DNA from: Flavobacteriales bacterium
GTDB lineage: Bacteria > Bacteroidota > Bacteroidia > Flavobacteriales > BACL11
Length of the DNA stretch: 64,000 nt
Reading direction: 5' to 3'
Assembly (NCBI GenBank): GCA_045561575.1
Contig: JBJKXM010000004.1
Coordinates: 44,924-108,923 of the forward strand
Shown: piece after piece, positions 9,563-18,650 of the stretch
Position numbering within the stretch: position 1 is the first letter of the stretch
Layout: the number at the start of each line of letters is the position of its first letter
The notes under the pieces: model-generated
The model's database searches: none
Told to the model about the DNA's origin: nothing
What the model saw: the letters and a program-made list of their open reading frames with translations, nothing else
Translations under genes and position numbers: made by a program

Positions 9563-10126
9563 ATGGCAACAACAGCAGACTTTAGAAATGGCTTATGTAT
9601 ACAACACAACGGCGAGCCTTGGAAAATTGAAAGCTTTCAACATGTGAAGCCTGGAAAAGGACCAGCATTTGTTCGTACTAAGATTAGAAATCTAAATTCT
9701 GGAAGGCTTTTAGAAAATACATTTACATCAGGTGTTAAAATAGACATAATAAGAATTGAAAACAGAAAATACCAGTTCTTGTATGCTGAAAATAATGACT
9801 ACCATTTAATGAATACTGATGATTATGAACAGATAACACTCCAAAAAGATTTTATAGATAATTCCAATTTTCTTAAAGAGGGTGAAACTGTTGAAGTTTT
9901 ATTTCATGCAGATCAAGGATTACCTCTATCTGCAAATCTGCCTGCTCACATAGTTCTAGAAATACAACATACTGAACCAGGAGTCAAAGGAAATACAGCA
10001 ACAAATACTTTTAAGCCAGCTACAACTGAAACAGGCGCAAATATTCAAGTTCCTTTATTTATTAATGAAGGAGATAAAATTAAAATTGATACTTCAAAAG
10101 GGACATATATTGAAAGAATTAAATAA
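9563..10126 (+). CDS. efp: elongation factor P
   Basis: The sequence ...HVKPGKGPAFVRTKIRNL... in a 187-aa protein. Confidence 0.95.
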   Translation: MATTADFRNGLCIQHNGEPWKIESFQHVKPGKGPAFVRTKIRNLNSGRLLENTFTSGVKIDIIRIENRKYQFLYAENNDYHLMNTDDYEQITLQKDFIDNSNFLKEGETVEVLFHADQGLPLSANLPAHIVLEIQHTEPGVKGNTATNTFKPATTETGANIQVPLFINEGDKIKIDTSKGTYIERIK

Positions 10127-10146
10127 ATTATAATAATAAATCAAGA

Positions 10147-11217
10147 ATGAAAAAACATAATTTCAGCGCTGGGCCGTGCATCCTACCACAAGAAGTTTTA
10201 AAAAAAGCATCAGAATCAATATTAAATTTTAACAATGATAATTTATCATTGATAGAAATATCTCACAGAAGTACTCCCTTTGTAAATGTAATGGAAAATG
10301 CAAAGCAACTTGTTAAAGAACTACTTTCAGTTCCTGATAATTATTCCATTCTTTTTCTTCAAGGAGGAGCAAGTTTAGAATTTTTAATGACTCCATATAA
10401 TTTTTTATCAATAGGAGGGAAATGTGGATACATCAATACAGGAGCATGGTCTGACAAAGCTATTAAAGAAGCTAAAAAACTTGGAGAAACATTAACTATT
10501 GCTAACTCCTCTGATAAAAACTATAATTATATTCCAAAAGAAATAAATGTTCCTAAAGATTTAGATTATCTTCATTATACGTCTAATAACACTATTTATG
10601 GTACTCAATTTAAATCAAACCCAATATCAGAAAACATACTTATATGTGATATGTCTTCAGATATATTTAGCAAAAAAATTGATGTTGAAAAATTTGGATT
10701 GATTTATGCTGGTGCACAAAAAAATATGGGTCCAGCTGGAACTACTCTTGTAATAGTAAATAATGATTTGTTAGGAAATACTGGTAGAGACATACCAACA
10801 ATGCTTGATTACCAAACTCACATAAAAAAAGATAGTATGTTTAACACTCCCCCAGTATTTTCAGTTTATGTATCGATGCTTACACTACAATGGCTTAAAA
10901 AAAATGGAGGAGTTGAAGAAATAGAAAAAATAAATAACCAAAAGGCAAAACTACTATACGATGAAATAGACAGAAACTCTTTATTTGTTGGTTTTGCCAA
11001 TAAAGATGATAGATCAACAATGAATGTTACATTTAATTTAGTTAACAAAGAAAATCAAGAAGAATTTGATTTATTATGTTTCAACAATGGGATTAATGGT
11101 TTAAAAGGTCATAGGTCTGTTGGAGGCTATAGAGCTTCCCTATACAATGCCCTTCCAATTTCTAGTGTTGAACATTTAGTAAACTTAATGCAAAAATTTG
11201 AAAAAAAACATGATTAA
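10147..11217 (+). CDS. serC: phosphoserine aminotransferase
   Basis: The N-terminus MKKHNFSAGPCILPQEVL, IEISHRS and AGAQKNMGPAG (PLP lysine region). Confidence 0.9.
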   Translation: MKKHNFSAGPCILPQEVLKKASESILNFNNDNLSLIEISHRSTPFVNVMENAKQLVKELLSVPDNYSILFLQGGASLEFLMTPYNFLSIGGKCGYINTGAWSDKAIKEAKKLGETLTIANSSDKNYNYIPKEINVPKDLDYLHYTSNNTIYGTQFKSNPISENILICDMSSDIFSKKIDVEKFGLIYAGAQKNMGPAGTTLVIVNNDLLGNTGRDIPTMLDYQTHIKKDSMFNTPPVFSVYVSMLTLQWLKKNGGVEEIEKINNQKAKLLYDEIDRNSLFVGFANKDDRSTMNVTFNLVNKENQEEFDLLCFNNGINGLKGHRSVGGYRASLYNALPISSVEHLVNLMQKFEKKHD

Positions 11218-12169
11218 AGTATTAGCAAATGATGGAATTTCTGAAATAGGAGTTCAAATTTTAGAGGAAAATGGATTTGAGGTTATTACTAAAAAAGTAA
11301 ATCAAGAAAATCTAATAACTGAAATTAACAAAGAAAACTACGAAGTTATATTAGTCAGAAGTGCTACAAAAGTTAGAAAAGATATTATTGATAATTGTCC
11401 AAACTTAAAAATTATTGGCCGTGGTGGTGTTGGAATGGATAACATTGATGTTGAATACGCAAAAGAAAAAAACATATACGTGATTAATACTCCTGCCGCA
11501 TCTTCTTCTTCAGTTGCAGAATTAGTATTTGCACATTTATTTGGAATGGTAAGATATTTATTTTTATCAAATAGACAAATGCCAATGGAGGGAGATACTA
11601 ATTTTAAAGACCTAAAAAAATCATATTCTTCTGGTCAAGAATTAAATGGTAAAACACTTGGTATTATTGGTTTTGGGAAAATAGGGCAAGAAGTAGCAAA
11701 AAAAGGCATTGGACTTGGAATGAAAATTTTAGCACACGATAAATTTATTAAAGAACAAAACATAACACTTAATTTTTTTAACGGCGAAAAAAAAACATTT
11801 ACAATTGAAACAAGTGAATTAAATGAAGTTTTAAAGAACTCAGATTTTATAACATTACATGTTCCAAAAATTGATAATAAAGCCTTAATTGGTGCCGAAG
11901 AAATTGGCATGATGAAAACTGGAGCTGGTATTGTTAATACATCTAGAGGAGGAAACATCGACGAAACAGCACTTATGTTTGCTCTCGATAAAGAAAAATT
12001 ATCTTATGCAGGTCTTGATGTTTTTGAAAATGAACCAACTCCAAGCATACATCTGTTAATGCATAACGCAATATCTATGTCGCCTCACATAGGTGCTGCT
12101 ACCTTAGAAGCACAAGACAGAATAGGTAGTGAACTAGCTGAACAAATTATATCTCTTTTAAAAAAATAA
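11210..12169 (+). CDS. serA: D-3-phosphoglycerate dehydrogenase (short form)
   Basis: 2-hydroxyacid dehydrogenase fold with GIIGFGKIGQEVA and SRGG..DE.AL. I prefer the ATG at 11210 (MIKVLAND) over the track's TTG at 11198. The gene overlaps the serC stop by 8 nt. Confidence 0.85.
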   Translation: MIKVLANDGISEIGVQILEENGFEVITKKVNQENLITEINKENYEVILVRSATKVRKDIIDNCPNLKIIGRGGVGMDNIDVEYAKEKNIYVINTPAASSSSVAELVFAHLFGMVRYLFLSNRQMPMEGDTNFKDLKKSYSSGQELNGKTLGIIGFGKIGQEVAKKGIGLGMKILAHDKFIKEQNITLNFFNGEKKTFTIETSELNEVLKNSDFITLHVPKIDNKALIGAEEIGMMKTGAGIVNTSRGGNIDETALMFALDKEKLSYAGLDVFENEPTPSIHLLMHNAISMSPHIGAATLEAQDRIGSELAEQIISLLKK

Positions 12170-13363
12170 ATGGCAACTATCTTACCTTTTAAAGCTGTAA
12201 GGCCTACTAGGGACAAGGTTGGATTATTTGCAACAAGAACATATTTAAGTTACTCAAAAGAAGGTTTGAAAGAAAAACTAATTAACAACCCATACACATT
12301 TCTTCAAATCATTAATCCAGATTTTAAAGAAACAAACAAGTCAAAAGGTAAAAAAAAACTGGATCTAATAAAGAAGAAATTTCAATCCTTCATACAAAAA
12401 AAAATTATTACAAAAGATAGTCAAGAAGCACTTTACATATATTCTTTGAATCATGAAAATAAAGAATACAAAGGAATTATAGCGACAACTTTAACTGATG
12501 ATTATGGAAATGGAACAATAAAAAAACATGAAAAAACAATAAAAAAAAGAGAAGAACTTTTTACAGAATACTTATCAAAAGTAAATTTTAATGCCGACCC
12601 TGTCCTCCTTTCTTATAAATCAAATGAAAAAATAAATCAAATAATTGAAAGTTTATCATCTACAAGGCCTGAATACGAATTTTCAACTTCAAATATGGCA
12701 CTGCATAAACTATGGATGATTACAAAAAATAAAGATATTTTAAAAATCACTGAAGAATTCAAAAAAATAAATTCTCTATATATTGCTGATGGACACCACA
12801 GAAGTGCATCATCATATAAACTTAGTAAAAATAATGGCCCAAATTATTTTATGAGTTTCTTATTAGATGAAAAACAGATTAATATCTATAGTTTTAATAG
12901 AATTATAAAGAATATAGATATTAATCTTGATAAATTTCTTCAAAAAATTTCGAATTCATTTAAATTAAAAGAAATATCAAACCTTGAATTTCAGTCAGAA
13001 AATGAAAATGAAATTCTTGTTTATTTTAATAACACTTTTTTAAGCATAATTCCAAAAGAAAAAATCAATTCTGGAAATGTTTTATCCAAATTATCCTATT
13101 CAATTTTAAATGATAAAATTCTAAAAGATATTTTAAATTTAGATTTTAATAAACATGATATCCAGTATCAAAATGGAAAAATTAAAAATGAAGAAATAAT
13201 TGAGATTATTAATAGAGAAAAAAAAGCAATTGGTTTCATTTTAAAACCTATTAAAATAGATGTAATAAAGAAGATTGCTGATGAAAACCTAACCCTTCCT
13301 CCAAAAAGCACTTATATAGAACCAAAACTAAGATCAGGAATAACTATTTTAGATTTAAAATGA
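12170..13363 (+). CDS. DUF1015-family protein
   Basis: N-terminus MATILPFKAVRP, the IADGHHR motif, and C-terminal PPKSTYIEPKLRSG. It starts at the nucleotide after the serA stop. Confidence 0.75.
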   Translation: MATILPFKAVRPTRDKVGLFATRTYLSYSKEGLKEKLINNPYTFLQIINPDFKETNKSKGKKKLDLIKKKFQSFIQKKIITKDSQEALYIYSLNHENKEYKGIIATTLTDDYGNGTIKKHEKTIKKREELFTEYLSKVNFNADPVLLSYKSNEKINQIIESLSSTRPEYEFSTSNMALHKLWMITKNKDILKITEEFKKINSLYIADGHHRSASSYKLSKNNGPNYFMSFLLDEKQINIYSFNRIIKNIDINLDKFLQKISNSFKLKEISNLEFQSENENEILVYFNNTFLSIIPKEKINSGNVLSKLSYSILNDKILKDILNLDFNKHDIQYQNGKIKNEEIIEIINREKKAIGFILKPIKIDVIKKIADENLTLPPKSTYIEPKLRSGITILDLK

Positions 13364-14001
13364 ATATAAAATCTAATCTTGAGCAGATTAAAAGTAAAAT
13401 ATCAAAAGATATTAAAGTTATTGCGGTTTCAAAAACTAAAAGTAATAATGAAATTCTTGAAGCATATAATTGTGGACAGCTATCATTTGGCGAAAACAAA
13501 GTACAAGAATTAATAAAGAAAAGCTCAGTTTTACCCAAGGATATTGAATGGCATTTTATTGGTCATTTACAAAGAAATAAAGTGAAATTTATTATTCCTT
13601 TTATTCATTTAATTCAATCTGTTGATTCATTTAGTTTAATTGATGAAATTAATAAAAGAGCTGAAAGGGAAAATAGAATTATTAATTGTTTAATTCAAGT
13701 AAAAATTGCTTCTGAAGAAAGTAAATTTGGATTTCATTACAGCAGAATTGATGAAGTTTTAGAATATTCTAAAAAACTTAATTATATCAATATAAAAGGA
13801 CTAATGGGAATGTCAACTTTTACAAATAATAACAAAATCATTGAAAAAGAATTCTCTCTACTAAATAAGGTTTTTCAAGAAAGAAAAACAGATAATTTTA
13901 AAATTCTTTCAATGGGAATGAGTAACGATTATGAAAAAGCTATTTTAAACGGAAGTAATATGATCAGATTAGGAAGTATTATATTTGGTAAAAGAAATTA
14001 A
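13360..14001 (+). CDS. yggS: YggS-family PLP-binding (PLP homeostasis) protein
   Basis: VIAVSKTK (PLP lysine), HFIGHLQRNK and LSMGMSNDY motifs. It overlaps the upstream gene by 4 nt (ATGA). Confidence 0.85.
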   Translation: MNIKSNLEQIKSKISKDIKVIAVSKTKSNNEILEAYNCGQLSFGENKVQELIKKSSVLPKDIEWHFIGHLQRNKVKFIIPFIHLIQSVDSFSLIDEINKRAERENRIINCLIQVKIASEESKFGFHYSRIDEVLEYSKKLNYINIKGLMGMSTFTNNNKIIEKEFSLLNKVFQERKTDNFKILSMGMSNDYEKAILNGSNMIRLGSIIFGKRN

Positions 14002-14003
14002 TT

Positions 14004-14378
14004 ATGAAAGAAATAATATTTACGAAAAATGCACCATCAGCAATAGGTCCTTACAGTCAAGCTGTTTTGGCAAATAACACATTATATTGTTCAGGTCAAA
14101 TTGCATTAGATAAAAATGGAGTGTTAAAAAACGATAATGTTTCTGAAGAGACAAGTCAAATATTAAAAAACATACTTGCTGTTTTAAATGAAGTTAATAT
14201 GGATTTCTCAAATGTGGTAAAATCAACAATTTTTTTAAAAAATATGGACGATTTTAATTTAGTTAATGAAATCTATGAAAAAAGTTTCAGTCAAAATCCT
14301 CCAGCTAGAGAAACAGTTGAGGTTTCACGTCTTCCAAAAGATGTAAATATTGAAATTTCTGTAATTGCTAGTAAATAA
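14004..14378 (+). CDS. ridA: RidA-family reactive enamine/imine deaminase
   Basis: APSAIGPYSQA...SGQIAL...PARETVEVSRLPKDV..EI in a 124-aa protein. Confidence 0.9.
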   Translation: MKEIIFTKNAPSAIGPYSQAVLANNTLYCSGQIALDKNGVLKNDNVSEETSQILKNILAVLNEVNMDFSNVVKSTIFLKNMDDFNLVNEIYEKSFSQNPPARETVEVSRLPKDVNIEISVIASK

Positions 14379-15319
14379 TGGATTTATTTATTGAGCTTAA
14401 CAAAAGGAATAATAGGGCATTAAGTAAAGCAATAACTCTTGCTGAAAGTTCTCTTGAAAAAGATCAAATTTTAAGTGATAAATTGATTTCTAAATTTCCC
14501 AAAAAAAATGATTCAATTAGAATTGGAATTACAGGAATTCCTGGAGTTGGTAAAAGTTCGTTTATTGAAAAATTTGGACAAAAATTTATTGATCAAGGAA
14601 AAAAAGTGGCCGTTCTTGCAATTGACCCATCAAGTGAAAAATCTCAAGGAAGTATTCTTGGAGACAAAAGTAGGATGGAAAATCTTGCCAAAAATAAAAA
14701 TGCATTTATCAGGCCAAGTGCTAATAAAGGAATTTTAGGTGGTGTAAGTAATAAAACTAGAGATAGTATTTTGCTTTGTGAAGCTGCAGGTTACGATGTA
14801 ATTATTGTAGAAACAGTAGGAGTAGGACAATCAGAAACAACTGTAAGTAAATTAGTTGATATTATGCTTTTACTTACTATTACTGGAGCTGGAGATCAAC
14901 TACAAGCTATCAAAAGAGGAATAATTGAATTGTCACATTTAATAATTGTTACAAAAGACGATGGAGAAAATAAAAATAACGCTAAACAAACATTAATTGA
15001 ATTGAAAAATATTTTATCTATAAAACCTCCTATTGATGGATATTGGGTTCCAAAGGTTCTAAAATGTTCATCTGAACAAAATACTGGAATAAATGAAATT
15101 AATATAATTGTCAACCAATTTATTCAAAAAGCAAAACATGAAAGCTTATTCAATTCAAAAAGAAAAAAACAAGAGATTTTCTGGATTGAAAAAACAATTA
15201 AAGAAGAAATTGGCAACATAAAATTTCAAAAACTAAAGAAAAGCAAAAAGTTAAGAGAAATTGTTGATAGTATTTCAACAAGTAAAAAAACTTTAATTGA
15301 AGTATTAAATAATATTTAA
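14378..15319 (+). CDS. meaB: MeaB/ArgK-type G3E GTPase (methylmalonyl-CoA mutase accessory family)
   Basis: GITGIPGVGKSSFIE, AVLAIDPSS..S.GSILGDKSRM and VETVGVGQSE motifs. It overlaps the ridA stop by 1 nt. Confidence 0.8.
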   Translation: MDLFIELNKRNNRALSKAITLAESSLEKDQILSDKLISKFPKKNDSIRIGITGIPGVGKSSFIEKFGQKFIDQGKKVAVLAIDPSSEKSQGSILGDKSRMENLAKNKNAFIRPSANKGILGGVSNKTRDSILLCEAAGYDVIIVETVGVGQSETTVSKLVDIMLLLTITGAGDQLQAIKRGIIELSHLIIVTKDDGENKNNAKQTLIELKNILSIKPPIDGYWVPKVLKCSSEQNTGINEINIIVNQFIQKAKHESLFNSKRKKQEIFWIEKTIKEEIGNIKFQKLKKSKKLREIVDSISTSKKTLIEVLNNI

Positions 15320-15660
15320 AACATTAAATGTTTTTTTTCATCTTTTTTCCATTTTGCTTGACTTTTATAATCAACAAAATGTATTTTTAAATCTGCTTGA
15401 GAAACATATTTACAGTAAAAAATTTTTTTATCAGCTTGATTCTTATGATTTACAAAATACCATTTTCCATGATTTCCTTTTGCCTGGGATAGATAATCAA
15501 CTTTAAATACTAAAAGGTCAGCTTGACTTGAATATTTTGTAACAAAAACTTTTACATCAGCTTGATTTGCATAATCAACAGAAAATATTTTTTGAGCAAA
15601 AGTAGAATCTGAGCCAATAAAAATTATAAAAAATGGCAATAATATCTTTATTAGAAACAT
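15316..15660 (-). CDS. small secreted repeat protein (six Y-x-x-QA[DK] units), function unknown
   Basis: Signal peptide MFLIKILLPFFIIFIGSDSTFAQ. After it come VDYANQADVKVFV, KYSSQADLLVFKV, DYLSQAKG..WYFV, NHKNQADKKIFYC, KYVSQADLKIHFV and DYKSQAKW. The gene has its own -7 box. Confidence 0.6.
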   Translation of the reverse strand: MFLIKILLPFFIIFIGSDSTFAQKIFSVDYANQADVKVFVTKYSSQADLLVFKVDYLSQAKGNHGKWYFVNHKNQADKKIFYCKYVSQADLKIHFVDYKSQAKWKKDEKKHLMF

Positions 15661-15680
15661 GAATATAAATTAATTATATG

Positions 15681-15688
15681 CAAATATA
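15681..15688 (-). promoter_or_regulatory. -7 box (TAnnTTTG on the minus strand)
   Basis: caaatata on the plus strand reads tatatttg on the minus strand. It lies 20 nt upstream of the ATG at 15660. Confidence 0.45.
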
Positions 15689-15704
15689 TATCATTTCAAT
15701 ATTT

Positions 15705-15712
15705 TATATTTG
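15705..15712 (+). promoter_or_regulatory. -7 box (TAnnTTTG)
   Basis: tatatttg lies 18 nt upstream of the ATG at 15731. Confidence 0.45.
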
Positions 15713-15730
15713 TAGCCCTTATAAGAAAAG

Positions 15731-16927
15731 ATGGAAAAATTATCAGAAAGAATTAATAGACTAGCTGAAAGTGCAACGCTAGCAATGGCTAGAATGAGCC
15801 GTGAATTGAAAGCAGAAGGTAAAGATGTAATTGCACTTAGTTTAGGGGAACCTGATTTTAATACTCCTGAATTTATTAAAAATGCAGCAAAAGAAGCAAT
15901 TACTAACAACTTTTCTCATTACACTCCAGTTGCTGGCTTAGATGATTTAAGAATATCCATTGCAAATAAATTTAAAAGAGATAATAATCTCGATTTTACA
16001 AAAGATGAAATTGTTGTTTCAACAGGAGCAAAACAATCATTAGCAAATATATGCTTGAGCCTTCTTGATCCAGGTGATGAAGTTCTTCTTCCTTGCCCAT
16101 ACTGGGTATCATATGCAGAAATCATTAAACTTGCTGAAGGGACTCCAATTGAAATTTCTTCATCGGTTAAAGATAATTTTAAAGTAAGTGCTAAACAAAT
16201 TGAAAATGCAATTACAGAGAAAACAAAGATGTTTATGTTTAGTTCACCATGTAATCCAAGTGGATCTGTATATACTGAAAATGAGTTAAGAGAAATTGCT
16301 AAAGTTTTTGAAAAACACCCACAAGTTTTTATTGTTTCTGATGAAATATATGAACACATTAATTTTACTAATCAACATTTTAGTATTGGCAGAATTGACT
16401 CTTTGAAAGACAGAGTAATCACCGTTAATGGAGTATCAAAAGGATTCGCAATGACTGGGTGGAGAGTTGGATTTATTGGTGCTCCATTATGGATAGCAAA
16501 AGCTTGTAATAAAATACAAGGACAAGTTACATCAGCAACCTGTGCCATTGCTCAAAAAGCAACGGAAGAAGCTATGAAAGCTGATCCAAAAGAAGTTACT
16601 AATGAAATGAAAAATTCATTTTTTAAAAGACGGGATTTATTATTAGAAAAACTAAGTGGAATAAAAGGAGTTAAATGTAATATCCCTGAAGGTGCATTCT
16701 ATATTTTTCCTGATATTTCATATTTTTTTGGTAAAACTGACGGTAAAAATGTAATTAATGATGCTAACGACTTGTGTATGTATCTACTAAATACATGTTA
16801 TGTTGCACTAGTATCTGGTGCTCCATTTGGAAATCCAGAATGTGTGAGAATTTCTTACGCAGCATCTGAAGAAAATTTATTAGAAGCTGTAAAAAGAATA
16901 AAGTCACAATTAGAAAAACTATATTAA
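15731..16927 (+). CDS. class I PLP-dependent aminotransferase (aspartate/aromatic type)
   Basis: LSLGEPDF, SSPCNPSG and NGVSKGFAMTGWRVG (PLP lysine) motifs in a 398-aa protein. Confidence 0.85.
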   Translation: MEKLSERINRLAESATLAMARMSRELKAEGKDVIALSLGEPDFNTPEFIKNAAKEAITNNFSHYTPVAGLDDLRISIANKFKRDNNLDFTKDEIVVSTGAKQSLANICLSLLDPGDEVLLPCPYWVSYAEIIKLAEGTPIEISSSVKDNFKVSAKQIENAITEKTKMFMFSSPCNPSGSVYTENELREIAKVFEKHPQVFIVSDEIYEHINFTNQHFSIGRIDSLKDRVITVNGVSKGFAMTGWRVGFIGAPLWIAKACNKIQGQVTSATCAIAQKATEEAMKADPKEVTNEMKNSFFKRRDLLLEKLSGIKGVKCNIPEGAFYIFPDISYFFGKTDGKNVINDANDLCMYLLNTCYVALVSGAPFGNPECVRISYAASEENLLEAVKRIKSQLEKLY

Positions 16928-16930
16928 TTT

Positions 16931-17914
16931 ATGAATCTAAATAAATATTTTCATGATTTTAAATCCAAAAGAATTCTAATTGTTGGAGATGCAATTATAG
17001 ATACTTATTTATGGGGAGAAATACACAGAATGTCTCCTGAAGCTCCTGTTCCTGTTGTTGACGTAGCTGTTAACCAAAATGATAGTAGACTTGGTGGTGC
17101 TGCTAATGTTGCGCTAAATTTAAAAGAACTTGGAGCTGAATCTATTCTTTGCACTGTAATTGGAAATGATAATAGAGGAATATTATTTGAACAACTTATG
17201 AAGGATCAAGGTTTAACATTAGAAGGCATGTTAATTTCTAATGGGAGAAAAACTACTACTAAAACTAGAGTAATTGCTGATAACAAACACCAATTGAGAA
17301 TTGATGAAGAAGATACATACCCAATTAAAATTGAAAAACAATTTTATAATTTAATTGAAAAATTAACACATAATATTGATGCAATAATTCTTCAAGATTA
17401 TAATAAGGGAGTATTGACTGAAAGCATCATAGAAAAGATTATTTGTTTAGCAAATAAAAAAAATATCCCAACTATTGTTGATCCAAAAAAGCAAAATTTT
17501 TTATCTTATAAAAACTGTACTCTTTTTAAACCAAATTTAATTGAAATAAAAGAAGGTTTAAAAACTGAAATAGATTTAGATGACATTGATGATATAACTA
17601 AAAATACATCAGAATTAAGGAATCTTATATCTTCAAAAGCAGTTCTTTTAACATTATCTAGCAAAGGAATATTTTTAAATTCAAATAATAATTCTATTCT
17701 AAAAAAATCAACTACTTCAAATGTAATTGATGTCTCTGGTGCTGGTGATACTGTCGTTTCTGTTGCAGCTATCTGTATGGCTTGTAATATTAATTTTGAG
17801 GAACTTGCAATACTAGCCAATATTGCTGGTGGAATTGTATGTGAAAAAGTTGGAGTTGTTCCAATAACTAATAAAGAATTACTTAAAAGAGCTAAAGACA
17901 TTCTTCATGTCTAA
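16931..17914 (+). CDS. PfkB-family sugar kinase (RfaE domain I-like heptose-7-phosphate kinase)
   Basis: ILIVGDAIIDTY...PEAPVPV...GGAANVA and the C-terminal DVSGAGDTV motif. Confidence 0.65.
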   Translation: MNLNKYFHDFKSKRILIVGDAIIDTYLWGEIHRMSPEAPVPVVDVAVNQNDSRLGGAANVALNLKELGAESILCTVIGNDNRGILFEQLMKDQGLTLEGMLISNGRKTTTKTRVIADNKHQLRIDEEDTYPIKIEKQFYNLIEKLTHNIDAIILQDYNKGVLTESIIEKIICLANKKNIPTIVDPKKQNFLSYKNCTLFKPNLIEIKEGLKTEIDLDDIDDITKNTSELRNLISSKAVLLTLSSKGIFLNSNNNSILKKSTTSNVIDVSGAGDTVVSVAAICMACNINFEELAILANIAGGIVCEKVGVVPITNKELLKRAKDILHV

Positions 17915-18629
17915 AAAAATCAAACCTTACAAAAATTCAGAAAGTAAAAAAAATCAGGTTAAACAAATGTTTAACAAAATTGCTTACAGATATGATTTTT
18001 TAAATAGATTTTTAACATTAGGTATTGATAATATTTGGAGAAAAATAGCCGTAAAAAAAATTCAAAACGACCCTAAAAATATTCTTGACATAGCAACTGG
18101 AACTGCAGATTTAGCAATTATTTCTGCTCAAATTACAAATGCACAAATTACAGGAATTGATATTTCAGATCAGATGTTAAAAATTGGAAAACAAAAAATT
18201 TCAAAAAAACAGCTTAACAACAGAATCAAACTCACTAATGAAGATGCTGAAAATCTTTCTTTTAATGATGAATATTTTGATGCAGTAACAGTTGGTTTTG
18301 GTGTTAGGAATTTTGAAAATTTAAATAAAGGATTAGAAGAAATTTATAGAGTTCTCAAAGATGGTGGATATGTGGCTATTTTAGAACCCTCCTACCCTAA
18401 GTATTTTCCAATAAAACAATTATTTAACTTTTATTTTGACTTTGTTACTCCTTTAATTGGCAACCTTATCTCAAAAGATTTTAAAGCATACAGCTATTTA
18501 TCCAAATCAGTTCAAAACTTTCCAACAAATAAAGAATTCACAAAAATTTTAAAAGATACTGGCTTTTCATCATGTAATTATTACCCATTAACATTAGGAG
18601 TTGTATCATTGTATATTGCAATAAAATAA
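17907..18629 (+). CDS. ubiE: demethylmenaquinone/ubiquinone methyltransferase
   Basis: FNKIAYRYDFLNRFLTLGID..WR, ILDIATGTADLA and FGVRNF motifs. It overlaps the upstream gene by 8 nt. Confidence 0.9.
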   Translation: MSKKIKPYKNSESKKNQVKQMFNKIAYRYDFLNRFLTLGIDNIWRKIAVKKIQNDPKNILDIATGTADLAIISAQITNAQITGIDISDQMLKIGKQKISKKQLNNRIKLTNEDAENLSFNDEYFDAVTVGFGVRNFENLNKGLEEIYRVLKDGGYVAILEPSYPKYFPIKQLFNFYFDFVTPLIGNLISKDFKAYSYLSKSVQNFPTNKEFTKILKDTGFSSCNYYPLTLGVVSLYIAIK

Positions 18630-18650
18630 TATTAGAAGCGTTTCTTAAAA

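Noticed and set aside
14508-14738. Same-strand alternative-frame ORF inside meaB
   Set aside because: It overlaps the P-loop region of a clearly conserved GTPase and has no independent support.
15919-16359. Long antisense ORFs inside well-supported genes, e.g. 15919-16359, 17506-17901, 28679-29047, 55955-56299, 57501-57872 and 11635-11958
   Set aside because: Each lies wholly within, and antisense to, a gene with clear family motifs. Their translations are low-complexity (Leu/Ile/Ser/Phe-rich), as expected for AT-rich shadow frames.
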